Below are positions 1-13,271 of a DNA stretch of 64,000 nucleotides, one piece after another. The stretch lies in the NCBI GenBank assembly GCA_950097015.1, contig CATNEN010000003.1, positions 3,968,001 to 4,032,000 on the forward strand, in the 5' to 3' direction. The stretch comes from Macrostomum hystrix. Taxonomy: Eukaryota; Animalia; Platyhelminthes. The position numbers were made by a program, and so were the translations under genes. The notes beneath the pieces are model-generated. The model was given only the letters and a program-made list of their open reading frames with translations. It did no database searches and was not told the DNA's origin. Numbering within the stretch: position 1 is the first letter of the stretch; each line of letters starts with the position of its first letter.

Positions 1-1489
1 AAATAGAATAATGGGATTTTAACAGACAGAATCGGGACAAGTTAGTTTAGCTATGTGATGATGCTCTCACCGGAGCTCTATCCCCTGTACGTCAGGTGAG
101 AGCTGCGATGCCGAGGGAAGAATTTTTTGTTAAAATACTCATTTCTCTCTTTACCGCCCATCCGAGAACTAACCGTCCATTTCCCTTTCCTCTGAGCCTG
201 CACCCACCTCAACGCGCGGTTCTCAAAGCATTCCCCGCTAATAAAGCCTTCTCGTACTGGAGTTGAGGTCCTAGTTGAGATTTTCCTAGGCCTCTGCAGG
301 TCTTTAAAGATGAGGCTTTCAAGGGGCTTAGCGACAACAACGACGAAGATGATGAGGATCCTCAGGACTAGGGGGTGGGGAAGCGGGCAGAGAATCATAT
401 TTCCCGGCTCTTCAATCCTCACTCGCCTACCTGCCCTTTCCACGTCATCTTTACAGGCTTCTCTCCGCTGCAGTCTTTACGGCGCCCGGGCAAAGCAAAC
501 AGGGCGTGCCTATACCCCTGCCCCTCCTGTCCTGTGTACCGCGGCCTCTCTCCTTGTTCCGCGGCCAATGCCTAGCAACTGTTGCTACTCAGCATAAAAG
601 CCTTTTATATTAAGAATAATTCCCTATAGGGAAGATTCACCTCAGCTTTATAGCGTGGAGGGGATTTTTAGCGAGCTCGAATTTGGATTAGCAAGGCTGG
701 GTACGTTTTAAGACTTACAGGGCGTACACGGCCCTATCGGATAAGGGACGCCACGGTACCTATGCAAGGATGATTACGAACAGTCCCTGCTTCCCCTTGC
801 CTGCACACAGCGTGAGCTGACGGCGAGGTTGTTTGAGAAGACAAGAGGACGGGAACGAGACTGAAGAGGATCCTATTCCCCCTAGCTTAATCCCAACCAA
901 TGGGAGACGGCCAGTGCATGCGATTCCATTGTTTTCAGTCCATGCATGCGGGGGGAGAGAAATAGTTACTCCCGAGAGAGGAAATTGAGGCGCTCCGTCT
1001 GACAGTCAGAGTCAGAGAATTTTCAGCGGAGTTTATTGGTGAGGAGTTGCCAGCAAAAACTACAGTTCCCAGCGGTAACACTGTTCTAGCTTCTGTCGCT
1101 GTTGTGTGCAATCCGCATTTCTAGTATCCGTGTAGGTGGGGTGGCTAAGTTCAAGCTGTCCCGACCCCTGTCTCTCCTCTCTCTCTCTATACTCAAGCTC
1201 AACCACCCCACGAGCAGGGTGTGCTCAAATAATTGGCGCAGTATGCATTTGGTGGAAGGGCAGTTCATTTGATTTTGTCGCAATTTTTGCGATAGCGCGC
1301 AGCGGTCTGTCACAGAACTGCAATTCTGTCCATTTGTGCTGCAGTTTGTGAATCAGCCACTAACCGTGGCAACTTCGGAAGACACGATAGCAAAGCAAGA
1401 TTGTAAGGTAAGTTAAGTTATTTCTACACACCGTTTGTCTTCCCAACAAAAATATTTAACGATTTAAACGAGTTTAATCAGACAAATGT

Positions 1490-1965
1490 AAGACAGGGCA
1501 GAGACAGTATAGAGATGAGACAGGAGATATTGAGACACAGGTGAGATAAGATATAGGAGAGATGAGACACGGGAGAGATGAGGCAGGGGAGAGATGTAAT
1601 GCGGGCTAGAGATATGACACGGGAGAGACGAGATGCGGGAGAGATGAGGCCGGGGAGAGATGAGACAGGGGAGAGATGTAATGCGGGCTAGAGATATGAC
1701 ACGGGAGAGATAAGACGGGAGAGACGAGATGCGGGAGAGATGAGGCCGGGGAGAGATGAGGCAGTGGAGAGATGAGATGCGGGAGAGAGATGAGATGCAG
1801 GAGAGATGAGACAGGGGAGAGATGAGATGCGGGAGACAGATGAGATGCGGCAGAGAGATGAGACAGGGGAGAGATGAGATGCGGGAGAGAGATGAGATGC
1901 GGCAGAGAGATGAGACAGGGGAGAGATGAGATGCGGGAGAGAGATGAGGCAGTGGAGAGATGTGA
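1490..1965. repeat. GA-rich ~18-bp tandem repeat (GAGATGAGACACGGGAGA family)
   Basis: Degenerate tandem units; the same motif forms the array inside the hAT MITE (52790-53370) and short tracts at ~49110-49140 and 50508-50640. Confidence 0.9.
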
Positions 1966-2477
1966 TATGTGACCCAACTGGGTTATGCTCAATAAAAAAT
2001 TTCCATAAATTGAATTCTCTCAATCTGTGAATATTTGGGTTGTATTTCACTTGACCAGATTGTTTTCCCCGGCCAGAGCAGTCCAAAAGTAATTAATTAA
2101 GGCGTACTCTCAGCAGCCGTTCTCAAATCTCTCCTCACAGTAACCAATTTATATTTCTCAACGCAGCGAACAGCCACTGCGAATTGTGCAAACAGTCGCC
2201 TCACATAAATCAGGCAGTATTTAGTGCAAAATCTATAGCACTGAAGTAATGAAATGTTAGAAAATGTAAATCAGGCCCCAAATCAGTCAGACTGGCCTGC
2301 TCAGCAAATACTGATTGCTTCCTGCCGCAGATTGTGTGAGATTTGAGACTGAGCAAACAAAATGGGAGTGGTGATAGATCAACAAGTCCATCTATATGCT
2401 CAGGCACTTTTGAATTAAAAATTTGCATCAATAAACCAACAATGCTGTTTAAGGATTACGGAGATCAGCCAAACCTG

Positions 2478-4290
2478 AATGGGGATAAGAGGAATGGGTT
2501 GAGAGGAATGGGGATGAGAGGAATGGGTTGAGAGGAATGGGGATGAGAGGAATGGGTTGAGAGGAATGGGGATGAGAGGAATGGGTTGAGAGGAATGGGT
2601 TGAGAGGAATGGGTTGAGAGGAATAGGGTTGAGAGGAATGGGGATGAGAGGAATGGGTTGAGAGGAATGGGGTTGAGAGGAATGGGTTGAGAGGAATGGG
2701 GATGAGAGGAATGGGTTGAGAGGAATGGGTTGAGAGGAATGGGTTGAGAGGAATAGGGTTGAGAGGAATGGGGATGAGAGGAATGGGTTGAGAGGAATGG
2801 GGTTGAGAGGAATGGGTTGAGAGGAATGGGGATGAGAGGAATGGGTTGAGAGGAATGGGGTTGAGAGGAATGGGTTGAGAGGAATGGGGATGAGAGGAAT
2901 GGGGATGAGAGGAATGGGATGAGAGGAATGGGGATGAAAGGAATGGGTTGAGAGGAATGGGTGGAGAGGAATGGGGAAGAGAGGAATGGGGATAAGAGGA
3001 ATGGGGATGAGAGGAATGGGTGGAGAGGAATGGGGAAGAGAGGAATGGGTTGAGAGGAATGGGTTGAGAGGAATGGGGATGAGAGAATGGGTTGAGAGGA
3101 ATGGGTTGAGAGGAATGGGGATGAGAGGAATGGGTTGAGAGGAATGGGGATGAGAGGAATGGGGTTGAGAGGAATGGGGTTGAGAGGAATGCGGATGAGA
3201 GGAATGGGGATGAGAGGAATGGGTTGAGAGGAATGGGGATGAGAGGAATGGGGATGAGAGGAATGGGGATAAGAGGAATGGGGATGAGAGGAATGGGTTG
3301 AGAGGAATGGGATGTGAGGAATAGGGATAAGAGGAATGGGGATAAGAGGAATGGGTTGAGAGGAATGGGGATGAGAGGAATGGGGATGAGAGGAATGGGT
3401 TGAGAGGAATGGGTTGAGAGGAATGGGTTGAGAGGAATGGGTTGAGAGGAATGGGGTTGAGAGGAATGGGGTTGAGAGGAATGGGGATGAGAGGAATGGG
3501 TTGAGAGGAATGGGTTGAGAGGAATGGGGATGAGAGGAATGGGTTGAGAGGAATGGGGATGAGAGGAATGGGGTTGAGAGGAATGGGGATGAGAAGAATG
3601 GGTTGAGATTAATGGGGATGAGAGGAATGGGGATGAGAGGAATGGGGATGAGAGGAATGGGGATGAGAGGAATGGGGATGAGAGGAATGGGTTGAGAGGA
3701 ATGGGGATGAGAGTAATGGGGATGAGAGGAATGGGTTGAGAGGAATGGGGATGAGGGGAATGGGGATGAGAGGAATGGGGATGAGAGGAATGGGGATGAG
3801 AGGAATGGGGATGAGAGGAATGGGGATGAGAGGAATGGGGTTGAGAGGAATGGGGATGAGAGGAATGGGTTGAGATTAATGGGGATGAGAGGAATGGGGA
3901 TGAGAGGAATGGGGATGAGAGGAATGGGTTGAGAGGAATGGGTTGAGAGGAATGGGGATGACAGGTCTGGGTTAAGAGGAATGGGGATGAGAGGAATGGG
4001 GATGAGAGGAATGGGTTGAGAGGAATGGGTTGAGAGGAATGGGGATGAGAGGAGTGGGGATGAGAGGAATAAGTTGAGAGGAATGGGGATGAGAGGAATG
4101 GGTTGAGAGGAATGGGGATGACAGGAATGGGTTGAGATTAATGGGGATGAGAGGAATGGCTTGAGAGGAATGGGTTGAGAGGAATGGGGATGTGAGGAAT
4201 AGGGATAAGAGGAATGGGTTGAGAGGAATGGGGATAAGAAGAATGGGGATGAGAGGAATGGGGGGAGAGGAATGGGGATGAGAGGACTGT
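2478..4290. repeat. 14/15-bp minisatellite (GAGAGGAATGGGTT / GAGAGGAATGGGGAT)
   Basis: About 1.8 kb of interleaved 14- and 15-bp units; purine-rich and G-tract-rich on the + strand. Confidence 0.97.
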
Positions 4291-4807
4291 GGTGAGAGGA
4301 CTCAATCAACTGAATTGCTAGCTATCAATTGATCTCAAAATTCGCGTAGTTACTCTGCTCCCCAGTAGCTGCATGGGTCTAATCTGCCCCATAGCACACC
4401 ATATTGTATCCTGAGCATGTGTGCTTCCATATATTAATATATAATCCCGATTCCCAATCTTCCCAAATAGCATCTGCCGGCTATACAGGGGTTAATCAGC
4501 TGGAGACTGGGAGATTAACTAAAGCCAAGTGGCCGTGTGAGCTGGGTTACACACGCCAAAAAAGTTAGGCTAGGGTTTTGTGTGCCTAAAAATTGGCTAT
4601 GCAAAGCTGCACCTTAGTTAAAAGCTTGGGATTATATACCAGAAAATCTACCTCCTCCATTAATAATTCATGGACCGAAGGGATATGGGAACCTTCTACT
4701 GGGAATGGGGAGATTTTGAGAAGTTATATGGGAGTAAAAAAGCTCAGTTGAGTCTGTGAATTTTTTAAAAGGCTACCTATTTTAGTGAAGTGGAAACACA
4801 CGTACAA

Positions 4808-7740
4808 TGTCGTTTATAATCTTGAGGTGGGTGACTGTTGATGAACTGAAGGACAGTATAATCTGGGGGTGGGTGACTGTTGATGAACTGAAGGACAGTA
4901 TAATCTTGGGGTGGGTGACTGTTGATGAACTGAAGGACAGTATAATCTGGGGGTGGGTGACTGTTGATGAACTGAAGGACAGTATAATCTGGGGGTGGGT
5001 GACTGTTGATGAACTGAAGGACAGTATAATCTGGGGGTGGGTGACTGTTGATGAACTGAAAGACAGTATAATCTTGGGGTGGGTGAATGTTCATGAACTG
5101 AAGGACAGTATAATCTTGGGGTGGGTGAATGTTGATGAACTGAAGGACAGTATAATCTTGGGGTGGGTGACTGTTGATGAACTGAAGGACAGTATAATCT
5201 TGGGGTGGGTGACTGTTGATGAACTGAAGGACAGTATAATCTTGGGGTGGGTGACTGTTCATGAACTGAAGGACAGTATAATCTTGGGGTGGGTGACTGT
5301 TGATGAACTGAAGGACAGTATAATCTTGGGGTGGGTGACTGTTGATGAACTGAAGGACAGTAAAATCTGGGGGTGGGTGAATGTTCATGAACTGAAGGAC
5401 AGTATAATCTTGGGGTGGGTGAATGTTGATGAACTGAAGGACAGTATAATCTTGGGGTGGGTGACTGTTGATGAACTGAAGGACAGTACTCGTATAATCT
5501 GGGGATGGGTGACTGTTGATGAACTGAAGGACAGTATAATCTGGGGGTGGGTGACTGTTGATGAACTGAATGACAGTACTCGTATAATCTGGGGATGGGT
5601 GACTGTTGATGAACGGAAGGACAGTATAATCTGGGGGTGGGTGACTGTTGATGAATTGAAGGACAGTATAATCTTGGGGTGGGTGACTGTTGATGAACTG
5701 AAGGACAGTATAATCTTGGGGTGGGTGACTGTTGATGAACTGAAGGACAGTATAATCTGGGGGTGGGTGAATGTTCATGAACTGAAGGACAGTATAATCT
5801 TGGGGTGGGTGACTGTTGATGAACTGAAGGACAGTATAATCTTGGGGTGGGTGAATGTTGATGAACTGAAGGACAGTATAATCTTGGGGTGGGTGAGTGT
5901 TGATGAACTGAAGGACAGTATAATCTTGGGGTGGGTGACTGTTGATGAACGGAAGGACAGTATAATCTGGGGGTGAGTGACTGTGGATGAACTGAAAGAC
6001 AGTATAATCTTGGGGTGGGTGACTGTTGATGAACTGAAGGACAGTATAATCTTGGGGTGGGTGACTGTTGATGAACTGAAGGACAGTATAATCTTGGGGT
6101 GGGTGACTGTTGATGAACTGAAGGACAGCATAATCTTGGGGTGGGTGACTGTTGATGAACGGAAGGACAGTATAATCTGGGGGTGAGTGACTGTGGATGA
6201 ACTGAAAGACAGTATAATCTTGGGGTGGGTGACTGTTGATGAACTGAAGGACAGTATAATCTTGAGGTGGGTGACTGTTGATGAACGGAAGGACAGTAAA
6301 ATCTGGGGGTGGGTGACTGTTGATGAACTGAAGGACAGTATAATCTTGGGGTGGGTGAATGTTGATGAACTGAAGGACAGTATAATCTTGGGGTGGGTGA
6401 CTGTTGATGAACTGAAGGACAGTATAATCTTGGGGTGGGTGACTATTAACTGAAGGACAGTATAATCTTGGGGTGGGTGACTGTTGATGAACTGAAGGAC
6501 AGTATAATCTGGGGATGGGTGACTGTTGATGAACTGAAGGACAGTACTCGTATAATCTGGGGATGGGTGACTGTTGATGAACTGAAGGACAGTATAATCT
6601 GGGGGTGGGTGACTGTTGATGAATTGAAGGACAGTATAATCTGGGGGTGGGTGACTGTTGATGAACTGAAGGACAGTATAATCTGGGGGTGGGTGACTGT
6701 TGATGAATTGAAGGACAGTATAATCTTGGGGTGGGTGACTGTTGATGAACTGAAGGACAGTATAATCTTGGGGTGGGTGACTGTTGATGAACTGAAGGAC
6801 AGTATAATCTGGGGGTGGGTGACTGTTGATGAACTGAAGGACAGTACTCGTATAATCTGGGGATGGGTGACTGTTGATGAACTGAAGGACAGTATAATCT
6901 GGGGGTGGGTGACTGTTGATGAATTGAAGGACAGTATAATCTGGGGGTGGGTGACTGTTGATGAACTGAAGGACAGTATAATCTGGGGGTGGGTGACTGT
7001 TGATGAATTGAAGGACAGTATAATCTTGGGGTGGGTGACTGTTGATGAACTGAAGGACAGTATAATCTTGGGGTGGGTGACTGTTGATGAACTGAAGGAC
7101 AGTATAATCTTGAGGTGGGTGACTGTTGATGAACGGAAGGACAGTAAAATCTGGGGGTGGGTGAATGTTGATGAACTGAAGGACAGTATAATCTGGGGGT
7201 GGGTGAATGTTGATGAACTGAAGGACAGTATAATCTTGAGGTGGGTGAATGTTGATGAACTGAAGAACAGTATAATCTTGGGGTGGGTGACTGTTGATGA
7301 ACTGAAGGACAAGTATAATCTTGGGGTGGGTGACTGTTGATGAACTGAAGGACAGTATAATCTGGGGATGGGTGACTGTTGATGAACTGAAGGACAGTAT
7401 AATCTGGGGGTGGGTGACTGTTGATGAACTGAAGGACAGTACTCGTATAATCTGGGGGTGGGTGAATGTTGATGAACTGAAGGTCAGTATAATCTTGAGG
7501 TGGGTGAATGTTGATGAACTGAAGAACAGTATAATCTTGGGGTGGGTGAATGTTGATGAACTGAAGGACAGTATAATCTGGGGGTGGGTGAATGTTGATG
7601 AACTGAAGGACAGTATAATCTTGAGGTGGGTGAATGTTGATGAACTGAAGAACAGTATAATCTTGGGGTGGGTGACTGTTGATGAACTGAAGGACAAGTA
7701 TAATCTTGGGGTGGTTGACTGTTGATGAACTGAATGACTG
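4808..7740. repeat. 42-bp minisatellite, ~70 copies
   Basis: Unit GGGTGACTGTTGATGAACTGAAGGACAGTATAATCTTGGGGT, with a 48-bp variant carrying a CTCGTA insert; 300-bp higher-order repeat at 6541/6841. Confidence 0.98.
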
Positions 7741-8296
7741 GAGGATTTTAGGTGGGTCACTCATGGGTTTATTAATTAATTTCTGTAATGTACTGTATAT
7801 TTAAAATCTCGGAAATCGAGAGATGACTATGAACATTTAGAAATCCAGTACTACAATGTTTATCTTGTTACTGAACTTTATTAGTTTTTAACACTTGTAT
7901 TAGAAATTTCAGCAACTGAATTTTCTTCTCCACCATTGCAATTTTGTTTATGCTGTCGGAGGGCGCACTGGGTGTCACCACCCATGATATTAGCGGGCAG
8001 CGTCCATGCAGAATGTACATGCTTAGAAGTGTTAATATTTGTCTGAAAACAAATGTACATCGTTTGTGTTCAGTCAAACTGGGTTAGGGCAGAAATAGGC
8101 TGCTAAATGTAGACTAGCGTCCGCATTCATTCCTTATCTATAAAATGGACCAAGCACCCCACAATGCATCGAAGCTGTGAAAACGGAGATCTTGATTTAG
8201 TAAATTTTCATGCATTTCTTAGTTTGTTATCATACCTGACAAAATCCCTGTTAAAATGTTAAGATTAAATATAGGTGCTACGCAATCACATTGTAG

Positions 8297-9066
8297 CCGC
8301 ATCATCATTGCAACGCATCAATTGCTTGCCATGACAACAAGGCCATCAGAATCTCCAAGCCAAGCCGCTGCAGCAGCAATGGAAACACTTCCACAAGGTC
8401 ACGTTTGCAACAGCAGCGGCAGCAGCGGCAGCAGAAGCAGCAGAAGCAGCAGCTGGGCGGCCTATCAGCAGGTGCTGGCAAATAACGCAGGCCACTCAAT
8501 GCCCAGCAGTCTATGGGCTAATGCACTACTGGAACTGGTCAGTTCATTCAAACCTGATTCAATATAATATAAATGCCGATTGCCTATTTATTCGAAGTTT
8601 AACAGTAGGACTACTAAGCCATTTTTCCGCCCATCGGTTGTTCTACAGTGGAAATGGGCTTCTTCTAAGCATTGGATTTGTTGTCTATGGTTCAAACAGT
8701 CAGCGTTCCGGGACCATCAAATTTTTTAAGGTCTATGGTTCAGTTTCGTAAAGCCGGACGCGTACATTTGCTAAATTACAGGAGCAAGTCGGAGGCATGT
8801 CGTACGCAGAGCTGCTGTCTCTCTATCGTACCGCGCTGTCTAGCTGTCCCTACTCAGTGCAGCTCTGGTGCCAGCTGATCGATTTTCAGGTTCGCTCCCG
8901 GGCCAGCTGGTCCGAGGTGCTGGACACCTGCGAGGCGGCGCTGAATTGCGGGTTGCACTGCCCAGCCGAGTTGGCGATTATTCAAGAGAAGATGGCCACT
9001 TGCGCCGCTGCGTACGGGGTTTCCATGCCAACGACAGGACTTCTTCGAGAAGAAGAACTTTCGTAA
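8297..9066 (+). CDS. Last two coding exons (8297-8537, 8782-9066) of a HAT (half-a-TPR) repeat protein, tentatively ZFC3H1-like
   Basis: Canonical phase-0 GT-AG intron joins ...AYQQVL...SSLWANALLEL to EQVGGMSYAELLSLYRTALSSCPYSVQLWCQLIDF, matching the HAT pattern Y-x-x-AL-x-x-x-P-x-x-x-x-LW; stop at 9066 and AATAAA at ~9116. Upstream exons not located; orthology is from memory of the family only. Confidence 0.7.
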
Positions 9067-9644
9067 GGGTGGTTCCTAAAGATTGACCCAAATCTCTGTT
9101 GAATGTTCCAAATTAAATAAATCTTTCATATATAAATATTGACCTATAATAAAATGTGTCTTAAGCTAACCACTCTACTGTTAGTAGAGTACATTGCGCA
9201 AACTAAACATGGTAACTCTTTAATTTCAACAATTAATAAGTCTTTTATTTCGAAAAATAAAATAGCAGGGAATTGACATTCGGCTTACAAATGTGTCTGA
9301 AGTGTCGCAACGTTATTATAATATTTGAATCCGAGTCTATTTAAGATTTAAGTTTTTATATATCAGTGGTATACTATATTTACAAGCGCAATTTATTCGC
9401 ATTGAATTTATTTATTTATTTATAATTTATAATTTATTTATTCGCTATGCAATAAATTGCAAGTCCACTGCTATAAATAGTGGAATCGATTCTGTCCTGA
9501 GCTAAAAGAAAAAAATTAAAGGCAATTTGAACTAAATTAAGTGATTCACCTTTAAAGTACAAATTTTAAACTACTTCAGCAACAAACTAACAGTATTTGG
9601 GCAGTTTTTTCTCACCAGAAGCTTTTATTTTAATTTCTGAAAAA

Positions 9645-9860
9645 ACCGCTCAGCTTGCCTGCCTTCCCTTTCCTCCAAGCGAGTTGGAGAAAAGCGGTCA
9701 TCAATGGTTGCAGCCGAGCTATGCTAGATAGCAGCTGCAACCCGCTTCGCGCTCAGAAAGGCAGGCTTGGCCTCGTCCTCGCGGGTTTGGGTCCAGGGTC
9801 AATTTTGGTTGACGTCCTGGCGAAACATACTATAGAAATGATCCCTAAAAGTATGATCTT
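9645..9860 (-). ncRNA. U3: U3 snoRNA
   Basis: Minus strand: 5' AAGATCATACTTTTAGGGATCATTTCTATAG (boxes A'/A), box C' GAGGACGA, box B GAGCGCGAAG, box C TTGATGA, box D CTGA, terminal CTGAGCGGT; expected stems present (GCCTGCCTT/AAGGCAGGC, GGTTGCAGC/GCTGCAACC, CTCCAA/TTGGAG); 216 nt. Confidence 0.96.
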
Positions 9861-10574
9861 GAAGATTTGTAATATTTAAGTTTGACATTTAGTAAAAATT
9901 AGCACATTATTTGTCCAAAAACTTACTTTTCGTAGTGCCCTGTGTTTTACGCGAATTTTGAACTTCGTGAATAATTTGCGCTTGCTGTCCTATTCTTTGA
10001 ACTAAGCAGAATAATATCAGATAGGCAATATAATATATAATACTATTTTAGATTTTCTGGCTAAATTTAAAGTATGGATTGCTCACATAAGATAAAATAA
10101 TGGTTCTGTTGTCAATACAAAACAAGTTAAGCATCGCATACTGAATCATAGTACTGTTAGTAGAAGAAAAGAGCTTGGTTTCTTATATTTTTTAAGAAAT
10201 TTTCCAATGTAACCGGCAGTCAAAAAATACTTACAACTGCGAATGTGCATTGCCTTTCTTAAGCTTGCTGTGTGAAAAAAGCTAAAGGGGGGAATCCTAC
10301 TCACTTCCTACCCCGCCGATCGCCAAACAGGCTTCAGGAAGCCCTACTGCAGGGATTTCAGTTGTCAGCATGCATACTTCAATTTATAATTGTATTCATG
10401 TCACTATTATAAAATCATATTAAGATATTATTTTAGTAGGGCAAGAATATAAAACCAACAGAAAGAGAAGATCATTCTTAAACACGCGCGTGCGTACCTA
10501 AATTTGCACATGCACGCTTACTTTAAATGTTGCAGGTCAGGTGTTGAAGGTTACCATTGGATTACGTGTTTTAG

Positions 10575-11878
10575 GTCATTGATTGGATCAGGTGTTGTGG
10601 GTCATTGATTGGATCAGGTGTTGTGGGTCATTGAATGGATCAGGTGTTGTGGGTCATTGAATGGATCAGGTGTTGTGGGTCATTGATTGGATCAGGTGCC
10701 GTGGGTCATTGATTGGATCAGGTGTTGTGGGTCATTGATTGGATCAGGTGTTGTGGGTCATTGATTGGATCAGGTGTCGTGGGTCATTGATTGGATCAGG
10801 TGTTGTGGGTCATTGATTGGATCAGGTGTTGTGGGTCATTGATTGGATCAGGTGTTGTGGGTCATTGATTGGATCAGGTGTTGTGGGTCATTGATAGGAT
10901 CAGGTGTTGTGGGTCATTGATTGGATCAGGTGTTGTGGGTCATTGAATGGATCAGGTGTTTTGTGTCATTGATTGGATCAGGTGTTGTGGGTCATTGATT
11001 GGATCAGGTGTTGTGGGTCATTGAATGGATCAGGTGTTTTGTGTCATTGATTGGATCAGGTGTTGTGGGTCATTGATTGGATCAGGTGTTGTGGGTCATT
11101 GATTGGATCAGGTGTTGTGGGTCATTGAATGGATCAGGTGTTTTGTGTCATTGATTGGATCAGGTGTTGTGGGTCATTGATTGGATCAGGTGTTGTGGGT
11201 CATTGAATGGATCAGGTGTTTTGTGTCATTGATTGGATCAGGTGTTGTGGGTCATTGATTGGATCAGGTGTTGTGGGTCATTGATTGGATCAGGTGTTGT
11301 GGGTCATTGATTGGATCAGGTGTTGTGGGTCATTGTTTGGATGAGGTGTTGTGGGTCATTGATTGGATCAGGTGTAGTGGGTCATTGATTGGATCAGGTG
11401 TTGTGGGTCATTGATTGGATCAGGTGTCGTGGGTCATTGATTGGATCAGGTGTTGTGGGTCATTGATTGGATCAGGTGTTGTGGGTCATTGATTGGATCA
11501 GGTGTTGTGGGTCATTGATTGGATCAGGTGTTGTGGGTCATTGATTGGATCAGGTGTTGTGGGTCATTCATTGGATCAGGTGTTGTGGGTCATTGATTGG
11601 ATCAGGTGTTGTGGGTCATTGATTGGATCAGGTGTTGTGGGTCAGTGATTGGATCAGGTGTTGTGGGTCATTGATTGGATCAGGTGTTGTGGGTCATTGA
11701 ATGGATCAGGTGTTTTGTGTCATTGATTGGATCAGGTGTTGTGGGTCATTCATTAGATCAGGTGTTGTGGGTCATTGAATGGATCAGGTGTTGTGGGTCA
11801 TTGAATGGATCAGGTGTTGTGGGTCATTGATTGGATCAGGTGTTGTGGGTCATTGATTGGATCAGGTGTTGTGGGTCA
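10575..11878. repeat. 26-bp minisatellite, ~50 copies
   Basis: Unit GATTGGATCAGGTGTTGTGGGTCATT. Confidence 0.98.
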
Positions 11879-12089
11879 CCAGTTATAAGTGACTTTGTGA
11901 TGCCAGATTTAAAGAATTTAGAAAATTGTTTTATAACAACTCATAGATCGAGCTGATCACGTTTATTTAAGCAACTGACTTTGGTTGATTTTGAATATCA
12001 ATTTGCAACGCAAGCCTCCGCATCAATCATCGATGATCAATTATCGCACCAATTAAGATTCCCAAAATTCCTATTAAAGTACATTTCAA

Positions 12090-13170
12090 TTAGGCGGCAA
12101 TCTGCGTAGCCATGCGCTGGAAAAGCCTGAAAGCCTCCGACTCCAAGGCGGTCCTCATGTCGGTGATTTCGTTGGCATAGTAACCTCTCGGCTCGTCGAA
12201 GTACACGGTCTTACATTTTTTCACAAAGAGAATTTTCTTGCATTCTCGCCTGCTGAGGGTGATGTACTTTGTCACTAGGTCGGCCTGGAGATCAACTTGC
12301 AAAATGGCGGCGTCTACTATGTCGTTGACGCGCCTAGCAACTCCGATGTAGGACTTCTTTAGCGCGTATGAGTTCTCGATTTCAAACCTGGCATAATAAA
12401 CATGCTGGACAGTTCTTTTAATCAGTTTATACGATCCTCTTATTGAATGGAGCGAGGAGTAGGACGGGCTAGCTACGTTTCTTAGAAAATAGTAATTAAG
12501 AAGCTGGTTTTTGCTGAAAGTACACCACGGAGAGATAGTTCACATAGAAGTGAGCCTTTGATCTGCCTCCTATCATACACCAGTCGCTAAATTTGTGGAG
12601 AAAATGTGAACATTTTCTATCTTTGTAATGAATTTTTCGAAAAAAATCTGCAAGCCTTCTTAACTTTTCTTAAGAAACTCTTTTTCATCCTTCCTTCTAC
12701 TCTAATATACTTACCTAAAGTCTTCGAACTTGTTGCTACCAATGGTGATAAACCTGAGCGCTTGGAACTCCTTCTGCACCTGGGCCGGATAACGGCTCAG
12801 AGCTGATTGCAGAGCAGAGTAAGGAAATCGAATGTATTCGGCATTAGAGATGCTCCGCTGCCAGCCCTTGATGAGGCAGGTTGAGCAGAACACGTTGGCC
12901 GGAGTAGCCACTTGGCGATGATTGACATACTCCAACAGCAGGGTGCGAACCGATGCCAAAGTAGATGTGGGCATCGGCAGGACTGCATGCGTCGGGGTGC
13001 AGCGGGGACACTTAAAATTTGCTTGCTTAAAGATAGTCAATGGACTGTTATGCGCGCGTTTTTAAGAACTCACCGCCATTAAAGCTCGTTTTGTCGTCAG
13101 CAGAGTGCGCGACACTGCAGATGGCAACAACAACTGCAGTAAAGAAAATCATGTTTCTGCTAGTCGTCAT
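12090..13170 (-). CDS. Three-exon orphan secreted protein, 233 aa (exons 13170-13074, 13021-12715, 12387-12090)
   Basis: Donors GTGAGT and GTAAGT; AG acceptors keep the frame (702 nt total). N-terminus MTTSRNMIFFTAVVVAICSVAHSA is signal-peptide-like; mature part has CPRC, CSTC and two more Cys; TATA upstream; AATAAA at ~11962-11967. The first acceptor is ambiguous (tandem AAG/CAAG). Confidence 0.75.
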
Positions 13171-13271
13171 TTCTGTCCTAAAAAATTATATCGAATAAAG
13201 TTTTTCGCCGTAACCTGATCCTTTATTTGACAATGAATCGAGGCCGAGTCGTGGTTTCATGTTAATCACAG

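Noticed and set aside
78-1410. Short ORFs (121, 95, 75 and 71 aa) and a lone strong donor at ~1408
   Set aside because: No recognisable domain, in-frame stops nearby and no consistent exon chain; possibly a decayed TE that I cannot classify.
2465-7764. Long ORFs of 614, 995, 661 and 389 aa
   Set aside because: They are translations of the 14/15-bp and 42-bp tandem repeats, open on both strands with no unique coding flanks.
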